Shown: positions 1 through 12,200 of the stretch, piece by piece | Layout: every line of letters starts with the position of its first letter | Position numbering within the stretch: position 1 is the first letter of the stretch | Assembly: GCA_036172245.1 (NCBI GenBank) | Contig: JAYWIR010000031.1 | Span: 1,736,001-1,800,000 of the forward strand | DNA from: Raillietiella orientalis | Lineage: Eukaryota | Direction: 5' to 3' | Length of the DNA: 64,000 bases | Made by a program: the position numbers and the translations under genes | The notes under the pieces: generated by a model | What the model was told of the DNA's origin: nothing | Databases searched by the model: none | The model's input: only the letters and a program-made list of their open reading frames with translations

Positions 1-149
1 TCATTCATTCGAAAGAGACTCATACTGACCGGAGAACGCATCGATTCCCAGGGTGTGCTTGCGTGTTTGTGCGCACACCTTTGAGTTGACACCACAGGCA
101 AAGAAGATTGGAGATGAAATGAGATGATCATTGTCAATAAACAGTTTCT

Positions 150-950
150 TCTGTCAGTTGATTTTCCACCTCCTACATTTCTGATAGCAGTCGAGTAGGA
201 ATCCGTTTCCGTCCATCCTCAGGTGTGGCATGTCAGTGAGCCCGAGTTGGATGCCTCCCAGCATTTTCGCCTTTTACTTAAGTTCCTTAGCGGTGCACTT
301 ACTCAAAGACGTTGAAGACCTTGATGGGCTTCGTGTTTCGGTCCCTTCCGAGTATTTCCTGTACGAATTCTTCATCTCAAGGCGACTTGACCTCGGTACT
401 TCGATCTTTGGAATCTGTCACACATCGCTTTCAGCATCTGCCCCCGTATATCTCTGTAATTCCGCAGTGCCATGGATTGAATAGGCTTGCCATGCGCCAT
501 TTTCAATTTTCTGCTCCCAGTCAAAGGCAGCTGCGCCTGCTTCGTCTTCACTGAAAGAATCTTTAGCGCACATACTTTTTCTTGACGCGAAAGACGGAAC
601 CACGTTGTCTCGGTGCCGGCAGACGAAAGTACCCAATTCCGTAAGATGCTTCCAGAGCACACTCGCAATGATTTCACTCAGTGACTCCAGGAAGGCCCCA
701 TATGAACCTAGGGAAAAGGCATTCATTCGTCACTGTGTCGAGCCATACTAACAGTGGCGTCATCCTTTTCCGTACCGAAAGGGGAAAAAGCCCGTTCGAG
801 AGAATCGCAGAGACCACGACCTCTGAATCGGCTACAGATTGCGCTTTGCCCACAGGGCGTTCACGCGCTCTTCGTCGCCAAAAATCCAGACCGTTCCGGT
901 GCAGCACTCACCTGGGACCGCATCTTCCGAGCCTCTGCCGAAGAGCGGAG
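150..950 (-). mobile_element. Decayed non-LTR retrotransposon fragment (RTE-like, region C-terminal to RT)
   Basis: Minus ORF 674-907 reads 'RERPVGKAQS...AILSNGLFPLSVRKRMTPLLVW'. This resembles the RTE-clade pattern 'RI..A..AF...L....L..R.R.L..YVWS'. It is interrupted by stops and frameshifts. Confidence 0.4.
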
Positions 951-2200
951 AGAATCCCAAGGTCACTCTGCCACGACGTTTTCCCCCCGTCCGGAAGCTT
1001 CGCTTCGAAATTTGCGAAATGAGGGTCCTCGGCACTGAGCCCTTCGGAGTCCGCAGTACATCTCCATCTTTGCCACCTCCCCAGTGACGATCTCTGAACT
1101 GAGGAATGGGAAGGAGGACGCTCGGAGCGCACTGCGGGGGAATGCAGGCCCACTCGCGCACACACTCAGGTTCTTGCAGGTGGGTCCACCTGTGCCCACT
1201 GTTGGGCGCAGATGCAGCCATTCCTTGCCGGAATGCTCTCTGCGCCTGTTGCGAAGTCCGAAAGGAGCTCCCGGGAGTCGGAAAGCACGCTGTCACGCAG
1301 GGCAGCGTGCAACTCGAACTCAAGACAAAGCTCCCTTTTTTCCACGAACGTTCCTTCCTCCTTTCCTCTTTCGGAGGAAGAGGAAGATGGATGATCCGTT
1401 CGGCCGCGTCTCGAGTCAGAGATGGTGGCTCGTGACACGATAGCAACACAGGTGGAAGAACGCGCGCCTCCGGAGGCTGCATCCCATCTTTTTTTATTAT
1501 CACTATTTTTCTTCATTGCAAGCGTGAAACGGATCCTCTTCATCACCTACGTGCTTCCTTCATCTGTCCCAAGAGTTTCAAATTCATCTCACTCCGTCGG
1601 ACCGATTACACCGGAGGAGAAATTCGCTATTTTGACAAATATGATTAATAGGAGCACGTGAAAATGTTCGAGTATTCTTTCAATACATTGTATTTATGTT
1701 CAGGGGAGGTTTCACAGGACGTGGGAATTAGGAACCGCTAATCTCCGACCATGGGATTCGTAAAAATATTCGTAAAGCAGTAAATTTCCGAAATTTGGAT
1801 GGCAGCCATCAGAATTCTTATCGGTGCTCCCCCTAGCAGTGTTTAGTGAGCACGCGGAAGACGAGCTAACACCGGTGAATGCAACGTTCGAGGAGTCTGC
1901 TGCGAACAGATAGCATTCTGGATCGCAGGGGATGATGACAAAGGAGATGTGCGCAGCGAATTTTGCTTGAAAACCTTCTAGCTGCGTGTTTCATCCCCCT
2001 CGAGAAGGCAATGGCACCCCCACAGAACATTCTCGGGCTGATGTGCTTTACGTCCGCAACGTCGTAAAGTTGAAAGTTTCGCGTTTGCTTTCCTCGCCAC
2101 ATGTGTCGTCAACTTTCCGTCCCGACTGAGCTCCACAGAGCCCTCGCGAACTCCAAGAAAGTCTGCAAGGTAAGTGCTTTTCCGGTATTAAGAAGAGCGG

Positions 2201-2240
2201 TTCGAGGAATCCCTCTTTTCCGAAAGAGGGATTCTTCGAA
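2201..2240. repeat. Short inverted repeat (hairpin)
   Basis: GAATCCCTCTTT-tccg-AAAGAGGGATTC is a perfect 12-bp stem (2207-2234). It extends through one G:T pair to TTCGA/TCGAA. Confidence 0.9.
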
Positions 2241-3335
2241 TCGCTGCCCATTCGAGTAAGGCGATCTCTCTCGAGGAAGCGGCCCTACGAACGCGCGCGT
2301 AAGATCCCAGTGGGCAGATGGGCCCAGACCGAATCGCCTCCTGAAATTTCCACGAAAATCAGGGAGGGAGTTCTGTTCCGTAAGGAAGGAACCGAACCAT
2401 CAATGGCGCATACAAGAACAGTGGGAAGGAACGTCGCAAAGAATCTCGGCTTTTATCGAATAAACTTCTTGGTGAAATAACTGGGAAGGAATCCCGGGAA
2501 TGATGAAGTGACTGAGCAGGGATCCACGTTCCTTGGGATAGACTTCGCAGAATGCATACGCAGAAGGGAACAAATTGTGTCGGCTCAGGACTTAGGATCA
2601 ATATGGAGCCGTAAGTGAGAACCGCTAGTAAAGTGGTTTTCCAAATCTGACCGATTCACATCCTATTTCTGGTGTTCAAACAAAAAATGAGGGTGCCGCA
2701 AAATCGTATCCACCCTTCGAGGAGATCAAAGTGTGGTGAAAATAATCCACGATCTTCGAATCTCTCTCGTCCACCCATACCATCCTGCTACTCTTGCGCT
2801 TCCATCGCTCCACACGCTCTATTCGTTCGTAGCAACCGTGGGCTGGTATGGGTGCTTCAAGAAATAATGATCAAGCAACGGAAAATGACTGAAAGGTCTT
2901 CCGTGATTAACGTGTAGCGAAGCAAAATTTTCATCGGTTACTCGCTGCAGCCTCACTTTTCGCCTCACGGCTTTTCATCTGATTTGTGATGCACGTAATG
3001 CCAGTAATGAAGAAATCCGCAACAGCGACGGCTTCAGAAGTCGCTTTCATTATCTCGAGTCTCCAGCTGGAAAGATACAAGAAATGAATTACTCACTCTA
3101 TAAAATCAGGTTTCGGAAAGGAGGGAGGCGGGGGGAAGGACCAATTCTTTTAACCCTTTGGGTGCGGAGCTCCATCAGACGGAAACGTTCGGTGCTGGCG
3201 GCACGCGTGCCCCACTTTGGGCGGACGACTGCTTCTTCGCGCACCGCGTGCTCCATCCGACTGACTTTATAAAGTGATCTGATCAAAGTTACTGTCCGAA
3301 TTCTTCATTCACCCCACATTAAATGAAATGTTCTC

Positions 3336-3379
3336 ATTCTCGGTTTTTCAGAGAAGCGGATCTCTGAAAAACCGAGAAT
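3336..3379. repeat. Perfect 19-bp inverted repeat (hairpin)
   Basis: ATTCTCGGTTTTTCAGAGA-agcgga-TCTCTGAAAAACCGAGAAT. Confidence 0.95.
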
Positions 3380-5777
3380 CGTTAGCCGATGGGAATAGAA
3401 TTTTGAATTATAAGAACGCAAGTGGATATGTCCATCTCGAACATGGATCGTCTCAACTTACGTCGCGTGTATAAGTCCCCCCCCCCAAAAAAAAAAAAAA
3501 ACACTCGCCAGACTCATAGATGCGTCCATAGATCTCAAAGGGTTGAATAGAGCGATGGAGCATGTTTTGAGCATCGAACGTGTTCATGAGAATGCACCAA
3601 TGCGTGGTTTCGCTCTCCTAATTTGCCGGAAGCCCTAAGCACTTGGTAAACTGTAAGCTACAGAGGAATTAAAGGGTAAATTGATGATTCGACAACAGCG
3701 TGTCGAGCTTCCTCTCCTCGACGTTTCCATGGTTTCTGCTTTGTGTCCAGAGCAGGAAGTTCGCCCCAGAAACCGCAACCTGTGCTTACGAATCCTTGCA
3801 AGAGATGTGCTTTACCGGGTGCACGCGTTTACGCAGAGCGCGTGCCTCCCGGGTTCTTGCGCACGGCTGAAGAAGCGTCAGCCCCCGTGAGGAGGAAGAC
3901 CTCCTGACAGTTCTGATCACGGCAGTCCGAACCTTCAGCTCTTTTAGAAAGCATTTGTGGGAATCAAATTGCTGAACCGCGGCAGCAGCAGCGTTCTTCC
4001 GATGAATTCACGAAGCCGAGTGGCAGCAGACACGAACAAGCGTTCTCCGCGCTTCGGATGCATCTCTGGGAGAGGCCTGGAGCGTTTTCCGACTTTCTAA
4101 TTTCAGCGGAATGCAAGCTGGATTTTAGAATGAAGTCGTTCCTAAACCTCAGGGATGCATCATCCTCCACAGGCGCGTGCTGTCATACTTGAGCTCCGCG
4201 ATTTTCAGCCCCGATACATAAATCAAGTTTCCAGGAGTGAATCATCGGAGATGAGACCAAAGGCAAGGGAGGCAGCGGAGTTCGCTACTTTTTTTTTTTT
4301 TTTTTTTTTTCTTCGGTGTCTTCTTCCCAAGCACCACGAGGTGGCTCGCAGAAGGAATTTTTTTCCCATGGCGTTTTCGAGCAGGCTTTCGAAAAAAAGA
4401 AAAAAAAAAAAGTCTCTTAGACGGTGGCGCTGACTAATTGTCCTCTCTGGGGAGCGCCGTGTTGCGCACTCAGTAATTACTCTGTGAGGAATGCTCGGAT
4501 GCAAGCCGAGGCGAAAACAGTCGTCGGGTACTCCATCCGAATATTTTCAGGTCGGCGCGAGGCGCTGTCATCTTCCTGTGAGCTGGAACTTCTCGGGGAA
4601 AGCTGGGTTTGCTCTGCGCGCGGGGCAGGCTCCACGCAGGCTCCGTCCGTGAGAGATGCGAGAGCCTGGTGGTTACGACTTCAGCTCCCTCTCGTCAAGC
4701 GAAGATGGGAGGGAGATCCTCGGCACGACAGCGGGGTCGAAGACTCACCGATTCAGGTTGACCCCAACGCCAGGAGCCACCAGTCGGTTCTCAGCAGCTC
4801 TGCGTCCGTCCAAAATGAGCCCAGCACGCATCTGTCGCCACGTATCTGATAGGACTGACGGCGCTTCCTCGGGACAGCGAGCGGGTTGGGCCGACCGCGA
4901 GCGCGTGCGCAAGATGGTGCCGCCTTCTTTCCTCGGACTGTCTTTCATTCACCTCCTTCGTTTTCATTTCGTTCCGTTCACTGCCTCCTTTACCCTGCAC
5001 ATTTCCGGAGCTGTCCCCAAAAGAAGGAAAGAAAAAAAAAGGAAAAAAGGCAGGCAACAAGCAGGCAGAAGTTCTGACACGCATCCTTCGCTTTCTCGAA
5101 GAGAGTTAGGCATGGTCACTGAGTGCAGATACGTAATCAGCCGGGGTTTGCTCTTTGAGCAACGGGTTGGTTCTTACGCAGGCGTCGGCATGCCTGAGAC
5201 ATTTCCCTCCCGGAAGTTGTCATGATGTTCAGGCGTTCCCCTCCCCCTTTCCTCCCCCCTTCCAAACTCAAACAGTGAGGAACGTTCCATTTATCAACAC
5301 GGATTGCATTGCGATTCGCCTTCGGGACTCAACTGCCCACTCAGTACCGTCTGCATATTTTGCAACGTGCATGGATGTGACCACGCGGGGAGGGGGCATG
5401 CCTGCGTACACGGATCTCAGCTCTCCTTTTCGTTAATCCTTCCGCGAGATCACTCCGTCTCCTGCGCCGTTCGATGGGGCTGTTTGTGAGGGAAAAGGCG
5501 ACGGGAGTGCTCGTCGTCGAGTCGCACACCGGGACTCCGCCAGTTTCCCGCGAAGAGTGCTCCAGAATTCGAGTGCCTCCAGTCGCCTCTGAGTATTAGT
5601 TGATGTGCCTTGTGGCTCCTGTCCCGTTTGAGGGCGGGGCACGTGAGCAGGTGGAGTTTCTTTCCCGTGGTTAAGCATGAGCTACGAGGCTCATCCTGTG
5701 TGTTGCCAGTCCTATGGCGCAGCCTTGAGCCGCTCACAAGTGCTCCGTGATGAAACACTCCCGAGAACTTGTACGTT

Positions 5778-5901
5778 GACCCGCGTTGGCGGCCGTGTGG
5801 CTGCGGCCTCTGCTCCAAACGTTGCGGGTTCGAATCCCCACGAGGAGGGTCCCCCCAGCAGGATGACGCTGGTTGGCTTATTCGTGCGCTGTGGCACTGG
5901 T
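5778..5901 (+). mobile_element. tRNA-derived SINE-like head, copy 1
   Basis: A-box-like TTGGCGGCCGTGTGG and B-box GGTTCGAATCC (5827-5837). Similar to 8412-8556 and 37991-38161. No complete cloverleaf. Confidence 0.65.
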
Positions 5902-7600
5902 TGACACCCGGTCATGCCGGGGCGTTTATTTATAAACAAGGAACACGCTTGTTTGTGGCAGGACGTTTGACCACTGCTACGCTACTCATAACTACGAGAA
6001 GGAACCTGCCGGGAAGGAAACTGGCACGCAGACCAGCGGGGTTAGCCAGGGGGAAAAGGAGACAAAAAGAAAAAAATAAAACAAAAAGCATACAGTAAAA
6101 AAAATAGGAGGGGGGCTTCGGGAAGGAATCACTGCGTACTGGAGAGCGTCCTCTGCATCCTTGTAAGGATGCTGGCAAGTTCCTGTTTCAGACTCCCAAG
6201 ACTTTCAATACTTCTTCCGAGTGCACCAGAGCTGTGGAAAGGCGGAAATCTGTGTCACCCGCTCTTGAAAGGGCAGCTCCAATGGAATTCTTGAGAGGCA
6301 GCCTCTTCGTGGACTTCGTGTCACCTTCTCTGCAGGCCGAACGATCAAAAAGACGTAGAGAGGGTTATCCCGGCTCTGTTTCGTTTTTACTGTCTCCTCC
6401 TTCCGCCCCGAATCCTGCTCGAGTGTTCTCCCTGCAAGAAACGCTCATCTCAGAGGAGGCAGGAGGATTCCGGAATGTGATGCGTTCGACTGAGAAATCA
6501 CTTCTGTCCGAGTTCCTCCGGTTACAGTTGACCATCCCGCTGAGCGTAGTCTGGATTTTCAGATCAGTCTGCTTGACTGGATCTCCTGGTGAGCCCGGGA
6601 GCTTCCTGCTTTCGCTGCACACGGGACTTTTGCGCTCATTGAGCAAGGAAGAACGGGGACAACACAGAAGCAGATTTGTTCCCTGTTTTGAATCCGATGA
6701 CGTGGAAGAGCGCGACACTCTCAAGGAAAGATTTTGGCCCGTCTTCCAACCGACCAAAAAATGGTCCAAAGTATCCAAGGGAATCTCGATTTTCAGATGG
6801 CCATGCACGAAGCTCTGATGGTATTCGTCGTCAACACAATGTACCGTTTCCTCCTCGCTGAACACTAATGTTGGAGACGCAATTTCGTTCTCAGAACACG
6901 ACGTGCTGAATCCAATTTCAATCAGCTGTAAAGACCGATTTGTCTCCAGTTCCTTTCTCGATCATATTTCTGTGTTCTTGCCACGTTTGATGTTTTACTG
7001 TTGAAGAGGAAAATTCCATCTCTGCGAATCCCTTGCTGAACAGAGCGCACGGAACAAACAAACTTCCCATCTTGAAAGCCAATTCCGATGTATTATTAGA
7101 TGCATTCCATGAGATGATGCATTGGAATGATGATGTATAAGAATGGTAGATGGACCAAGGCAAGGAAGGCCTGAAGATCTCGAATCCGAAGAAACTGCCA
7201 ATCCAGAGTCGGAGGCTTTTGAGACCCCTCCAGAATCTTGACACGAGCAGCTGCTGCACTCAAAGTTCCGTGTTCTGGAAGGTTCGCCCCCACCTTGCCA
7301 TTCTGGAAATTCCGCAACGCTGTTTGATGCAACATGGAACGCCGAGCTGCTTGAAACCACATGTTCCTCTCCGATGAGTTCTTGAAAGCAAGAAGTTCCG
7401 AAAAACGTCATCTCGGGAAGCGAGTTTCCATACCTTTGGAGCTTTTCGCAAACTTCGTCTATTCCTCGTGGTTCCCTGACGGGAACAGGGGAAGCCCGCC
7501 AAGCACGCATGAATTAAACTCGAGGAACAACACCAGCGGGGACGATCCACTCAGTTAGGGCAGCTTTTTGTCTCGAAAGAAGTGTCGTTTCCGAAAATTC
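5902..7600 (-). mobile_element. DIRS-type tyrosine-recombinase retrotransposon, decayed YR ORF plus 3' end
   Basis: Minus-strand fragments occur in YR order: 'SLIHACLA/RAWRAS', 'DVFRNFLL', 'LLVSRFWRGLKSLR', 'LAFKMGSLFVPC', 'KSPVCSE', then 'AALSRAGDTDF...HSSGALGRSIESLGSLKQELASILTRMQRTLSST'. These match the DIRS YR pattern LV.RF.KG...LRP / CPV / HS.R..A.S...IL...W.S.STF. AATAAA on the element strand at 5925-5930. Confidence 0.65.
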
Positions 7601-8411
7601 AGTCATTATTCAGTCATCTAGGAATGCAATTAGCTGGGTCACGCCCCTCGGTTGAGTTGCGTGCTCCTTTCGCCTCCTGAAAGTTCCCAGCTTTCTGCAA
7701 GATACCATCGTCCCAGGTTCATGATTTCTCCCCGCCGAATACTGGGAAAGTTCTCGATAGGGAAGTTGAAGACTTATCCAGAGAAGTCTCCAACTTCCCT
7801 ATCCAGAGCTTTAATTTTTAATGACGTGCAGACATCATGAAAGTGTATTCCTTGGTTTCGATGTTTCCGTAGGATTCTATAAACCGCAACTGACACAAGA
7901 TAAATATCTAAAACGTAGAAGGAAGCCCAAACGAAAAAAGATCAACGTTCATTGTTTATTTGATTTTTTTCTTGGAGGTCATTATCTTTGGCTGCTGCGT
8001 GTCTCCAACAAGAGATGTCTTTCAGATATGACGACATCATTGTTCAAATTATCTGGACCGAATTCTGTGTGTGGCATTGAACTGGTAAGAAAAAATGAAA
8101 AGGTCTACTGTACTGCTGACCTAACCTCTGCGCTGGCTGCAGGATTTTTTGCTTCACAGCACGACCAATGATTCGATTTCTGTGTGCCGCATCACAAGCA
8201 GAAGCAGGGCCGTCGAAGTGAAACCCTCCAGCTGGGCCCGCTTGCCCACTTCCGAGTTTGAAGAGAGGCGGGCAATGGCTGCCATTCGGACTGAGGTTAT
8301 CGGAACAAAAAAACAAAAAAAACAAATGAGTGTGGTTTCGCTGTGGGTTTCACATCCATCCTCCGCGGCTTCCGTGGGAATTCTCCACAATTCGGTGCAA
8401 TCTGTTGGTGC

Positions 8412-8556
8412 GGGCGTTAGCGGCCGCGTGGATGCGGTCTCCGCGAACGGCACCATTGCGTCGCGGGTTCGAATCCCCACGTGGAGGATCGACCCCGAGA
8501 AATGCGTGCGCCGTGGGCTTCGAGTTTTTTTCTCAGGACGACGCTGCTGCACTGGT
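8412..8556 (+). mobile_element. tRNA-derived SINE-like head, copy 2
   Basis: A-box-like TTAGCGGCCGCGTGG and B-box GGTTCGAATCC (8466-8476). CGACCCCGAGAAAT..GTGCGCCGTGGGCTTCG aligns with copy 3. Confidence 0.65.
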
Positions 8557-9143
8557 TGACATGCGGTCAAGCCGGGGCATTTATTTATAAAATAAACATT
8601 CATGCCTGTGGCAGGACGTTTGATCCTGACACGTTACTTATGAATACGAGAAGTAACCTGCCGGGAACTGGCACGCAGTCAGGCATGATATAGTCAAAAT
8701 ATAAAATACAATATCCCAAAATTGAGGGGTTCGGGAAGGAATCACTATGTGCTGGAGGGCGTCTTTGGTATCCTCGTGAGGATGTCGGCAAGCTCCTGTT
8801 TTATGTTTCCCAGATTGGGCCATCTTGACGCTGTGCTCATGAAGAGGACAGCAAAATAAATGATGTCCTTGTCGTTCTGTCCTCCTCTGGCGCTGTTGCA
8901 TGCAGCCACGGTTTCTCCGCGCGGGCAGCAGAGTGATGCTGGGGATGCGGCTGGCGTGAGAGCATCGCGCAGAAAGAAGCGCTTTAAGACATCTCTGGGG
9001 TTGCCACCGGGGGTTCCAAGGGTCGCAGCAAAGCGTCCCCAAAAGAGGTCGGAGGGCAATACAGCCCGCTAGGGGGTGCGGATTCCCGCTCCCCGCACCT
9101 TACACAGTTTGCAGCTACACACATCCGTGTCCAATGATCCACG
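8557..9143 (-). mobile_element. Short, internally deleted YR-element derivative (3' end homologous to 5902-6200)
   Basis: Shares TTTATTTATAAA, TGTGGCAGGACGTTTGA, ACCTGCCGGGAA and TTCGGGAAGGAATCACT with copy 1. Encodes 'LGNIKQELADILTRIPKTPSST'. Bounded by GCACTGGT on both sides (8549-8556 and 9144-9151). Confidence 0.6.
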
Positions 9144-9240
9144 GCACTGGTGGAAACCGGAAACGGGATGCTCCTGTTGACTGACCAGTTTTGGAAATTG
9201 ATCATCCGGGGTCTTTCCAGGAATCAAGGAGTCCTCCAGA
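9144..9240 (+). mobile_element. Downstream half of the SINE-like element (continuation of copy 2)
   Basis: CTGGTGGAAACC...TTGGAA.TGA.C.TCC.GGGTC.TTCCAGGAATCAAGGAG matches 38157-38227. The 17 nt at 9215-9231 are identical to 38211-38227. Confidence 0.6.
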
Positions 9241-9299
9241 GTTCCCCTCCGGTTGTGAAAATGGAGCTGTCCTTTTTTCTCGGAGGGAGACAGACCCTC

Positions 9300-12200
9300 A
9301 GTCTCACACCATGGAGCTGGTGGATCGATAGACTCTTCTGAGTGTGGTGAAGAAGCGCGCTGCTCCCTCGGAAAGCGATCCTTCAGAGTAATTTCAAAGA
9401 GTTCCTTCCAGGCTCTCTTCAGAGGAGCACCAACAAGGAGCGGCTCCCTTGAGATTTCCCTCCATAGAAGAAATGAGGAATGGCTTCCTTCGAGGGACCC
9501 TTCCGGAGAGAATAAGGAAGAGGCTCCTTTCTGGATTCCCTACCATGCGTACTCTTCCGGAGCCTTCCGAGATTCTTAGGGTGGTCCTCATAAAGTTACT
9601 CCCCATACACTCTTCTTGCCCCAGGCGCGCCCTCGGGTGGCGTGGACGGCGTCAAAAAGTTTAGTGAGCCCCTCGTAAGGAGGCGAACGGTTCTTCAGTA
9701 CTTGAAGAACCAAGGGGAAAAAAAAAGCTGGAAGGAAAGCAGCGAAAGTAGAAGGACCCAAAAGGATTTCTATCATCATTTCCCATGAGCTTGGCATTTC
9801 CTGTTTGCGGTCTTCCCGAAGTCTCAGCAGCGCCTCCTATTTTGGTTGCGTCCCGATCTCAGAGTTTCTTTTGCGACGCGCCAGTGCCAGAATGATGGTA
9901 ACAGGTGAACTGGGAAGACACCTCGTTTCCTCGAACGTGCAAATGCGGTCCACATCATGCGAGACTGAAACGAGACGTGCGAAAAAGCTCCACTCATCCC
10001 GAACGACTGAAGTTCCTCAGCTGCGGTGAGCGAAACGGTGATCCAGGGTGGCTCCAGAAAAGTGGATAAATAGCGTGTTTCCCGAAAACGAGCAGGCAAT
10101 CGAATATGGCATTCGAAGGGAAGAAGGGGATCGGATGCAAGTGCTTTCTGGAGGGGAGACGCCGTTAGCACCCCTGCCGGAAGGTCAGCAATCGGATTTT
10201 CAGCAAGGCAGCACGCGAAACGAGATTTGCCAGACGCGAACACTGAACGTGTAGTGAAACACGTTCGGAGAAGCGCACGTCGATCAGACTTCTCGCCAGG
10301 ACCATACAGCTGTTTTCTCATTAATGGTGAAGAAAGCTCTAAGAGAGATGCAGGTGATCGAATCATGGGAAGATGTCTGTTTTTTGGGCAGCTAAGCGTG
10401 TTCAAGCTGCGCTTCGATGAGGAAAAATGGAAGTGGGGGAGCAAGAGGACTACGCAACCGTGGAAGATATTTCTCAGGAACCGAAAGAACGGGAAGAACA
10501 CACGTCAATCGAGCTTGAAGAGTAAGCGACGGGCAACAGAAGGAACAACCCAGCTGGAACTGCAATTGGGATCCCCTATTGTCTTTTTCATAGGCCCGTC
10601 GTTCATTTTCGCCCGATCGCGCCGAGGCGTTTCTCGTGAAAAGGAAAGTATTTCCAAGAAAAATCAGTAAATTTTATAAAAATGTGAAAATGTCCGTCTT
10701 CGCAGCGGCGGCTTCTTCACACGGCTGCCACGGAGGGAAATGCCGCCTCGGAGGCGCTGCTTCTCCTGTGCAGCTCCCCGATGGGGTCCGCACAGGAGGA
10801 GTGGGGAAAAACGACAGCAAGCAAACAAAAAACCGGTCCCGCCGTTTATGGGAAAGCGCATGCTGAGGCAGTTGATCCTTCGAGTTAGGACGACGCTCTC
10901 TTCATCAGACGCGCGAGCCACACTGACTATCGAGTTTTGAAACGGGAAGACCGGGGTGCGGTTCGGCTGGAATTTCAAATGCGAGTTAATTCGTTCTGGC
11001 AATGACCGCATCACCGTGCTGGAAGATGGGATTTTTTTTTTTTTAACGCGGAGTGTTTTGAAACGTCATCGGAACTGCGATGACGTTTCAAAAGCGATTT
11101 CTGTCACGTTACCACCAGTGATTTCCGTCACGAAAAATAAGAGAGTGTCGGAAAGGCAGCTGGTACCCAAAGGCAACATCCGTTTCCTAGTGGTCTGATC
11201 ATGGTGGGTACGTGCACAAAGAGATGTGATTGGGTTGACACTGATGCTCGCCTCGAGAAGACGAGCGCACGGTTCAGTTGAACGGAGATGGTGCGCCCTA
11301 TGAAGCCGCCTCGAAAAGTCGCGGAACAGTCCTGAATGCGAACCCCCTCTGCTCCCCGTTTGCCTCTTCCTGTTTTCGCTGCGAATGCTAACTGAAACCT
11401 CCCAGTCGTGATCCTCCTGTAACCTCCGGCTCCCTCCTGGCCTGCTCTGCATCTGATTAGAAATCCCAGTGGCACCAAATGCTTTCCATGTTTCGCCGTC
11501 ACTGTTGCCATGCTGATACTATGTGGTCTGGATTCCCACACTGCGGAAGAAAATTGCCCGAGGAGGAAACGCTGTCGAAACTTCTCCTGAGTCGGGATTC
11601 GAGAACTGAGAAAGTCCAACTTTGATTGTCAGGAGAAAATAGGTCGTGGCGATCGTGGCGACATCAGGTCCGAGTGAGATTCTTACTTCTTCATCGGGGG
11701 TTTGGATAGAACCTGTTTCGCTCTTCCGCCCTCAAACCGCAACACTGCCACTGGGGAAAGGGCACCTCTCGGCGGGAAACGCACACGGGAAACATCTCAA
11801 GAGGATTTCGGGAAGGTTCGACGTTTCCAGCTTGCGATCCCAACTCCCGACCTCCTGCATCTCGTAAAGCGAAACCGTTCAAAGCTTGCGATTCGAATTT
11901 CCCAGCTGAAAGCGGGAACACAAGCTGGGCATTAAAGGGAGTATCACTCAAGGTGGGGAATCCCTTGGAACTCTGTGTGTTATTTATCATTGCAATCGTT
12001 TTTCGCCATTTCAATTTCTCCTCACTGCGCCGGTGATGAATAAGGATTTTTAGGGAACCGCTCCAGCAGGATGCAGATTGATTGGTTAGGTGAAGGAAGG
12101 TAGCAGCGTTCGTTGGGTTTCCGCGCATCCTGAAAGGTTTTTTTTTTTTTTTTCTTCTTTTGAATCTTCACTGTAAATACATTCAGGATGGGTTCGACGC

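Noticed and set aside
4424..5225. GC-rich ORFs as a coding exon
   Set aside because: No recognisable domain and low-complexity tails. It could be non-coding regulatory DNA, but I cannot support that.
5778..5845. Functional tRNA genes at the three GGTTCGAATCC sites
   Set aside because: No convincing acceptor or anticodon stems, variable A-B spacing, no T-run terminator, and shared non-tRNA downstream sequence. A SINE-like origin fits better.
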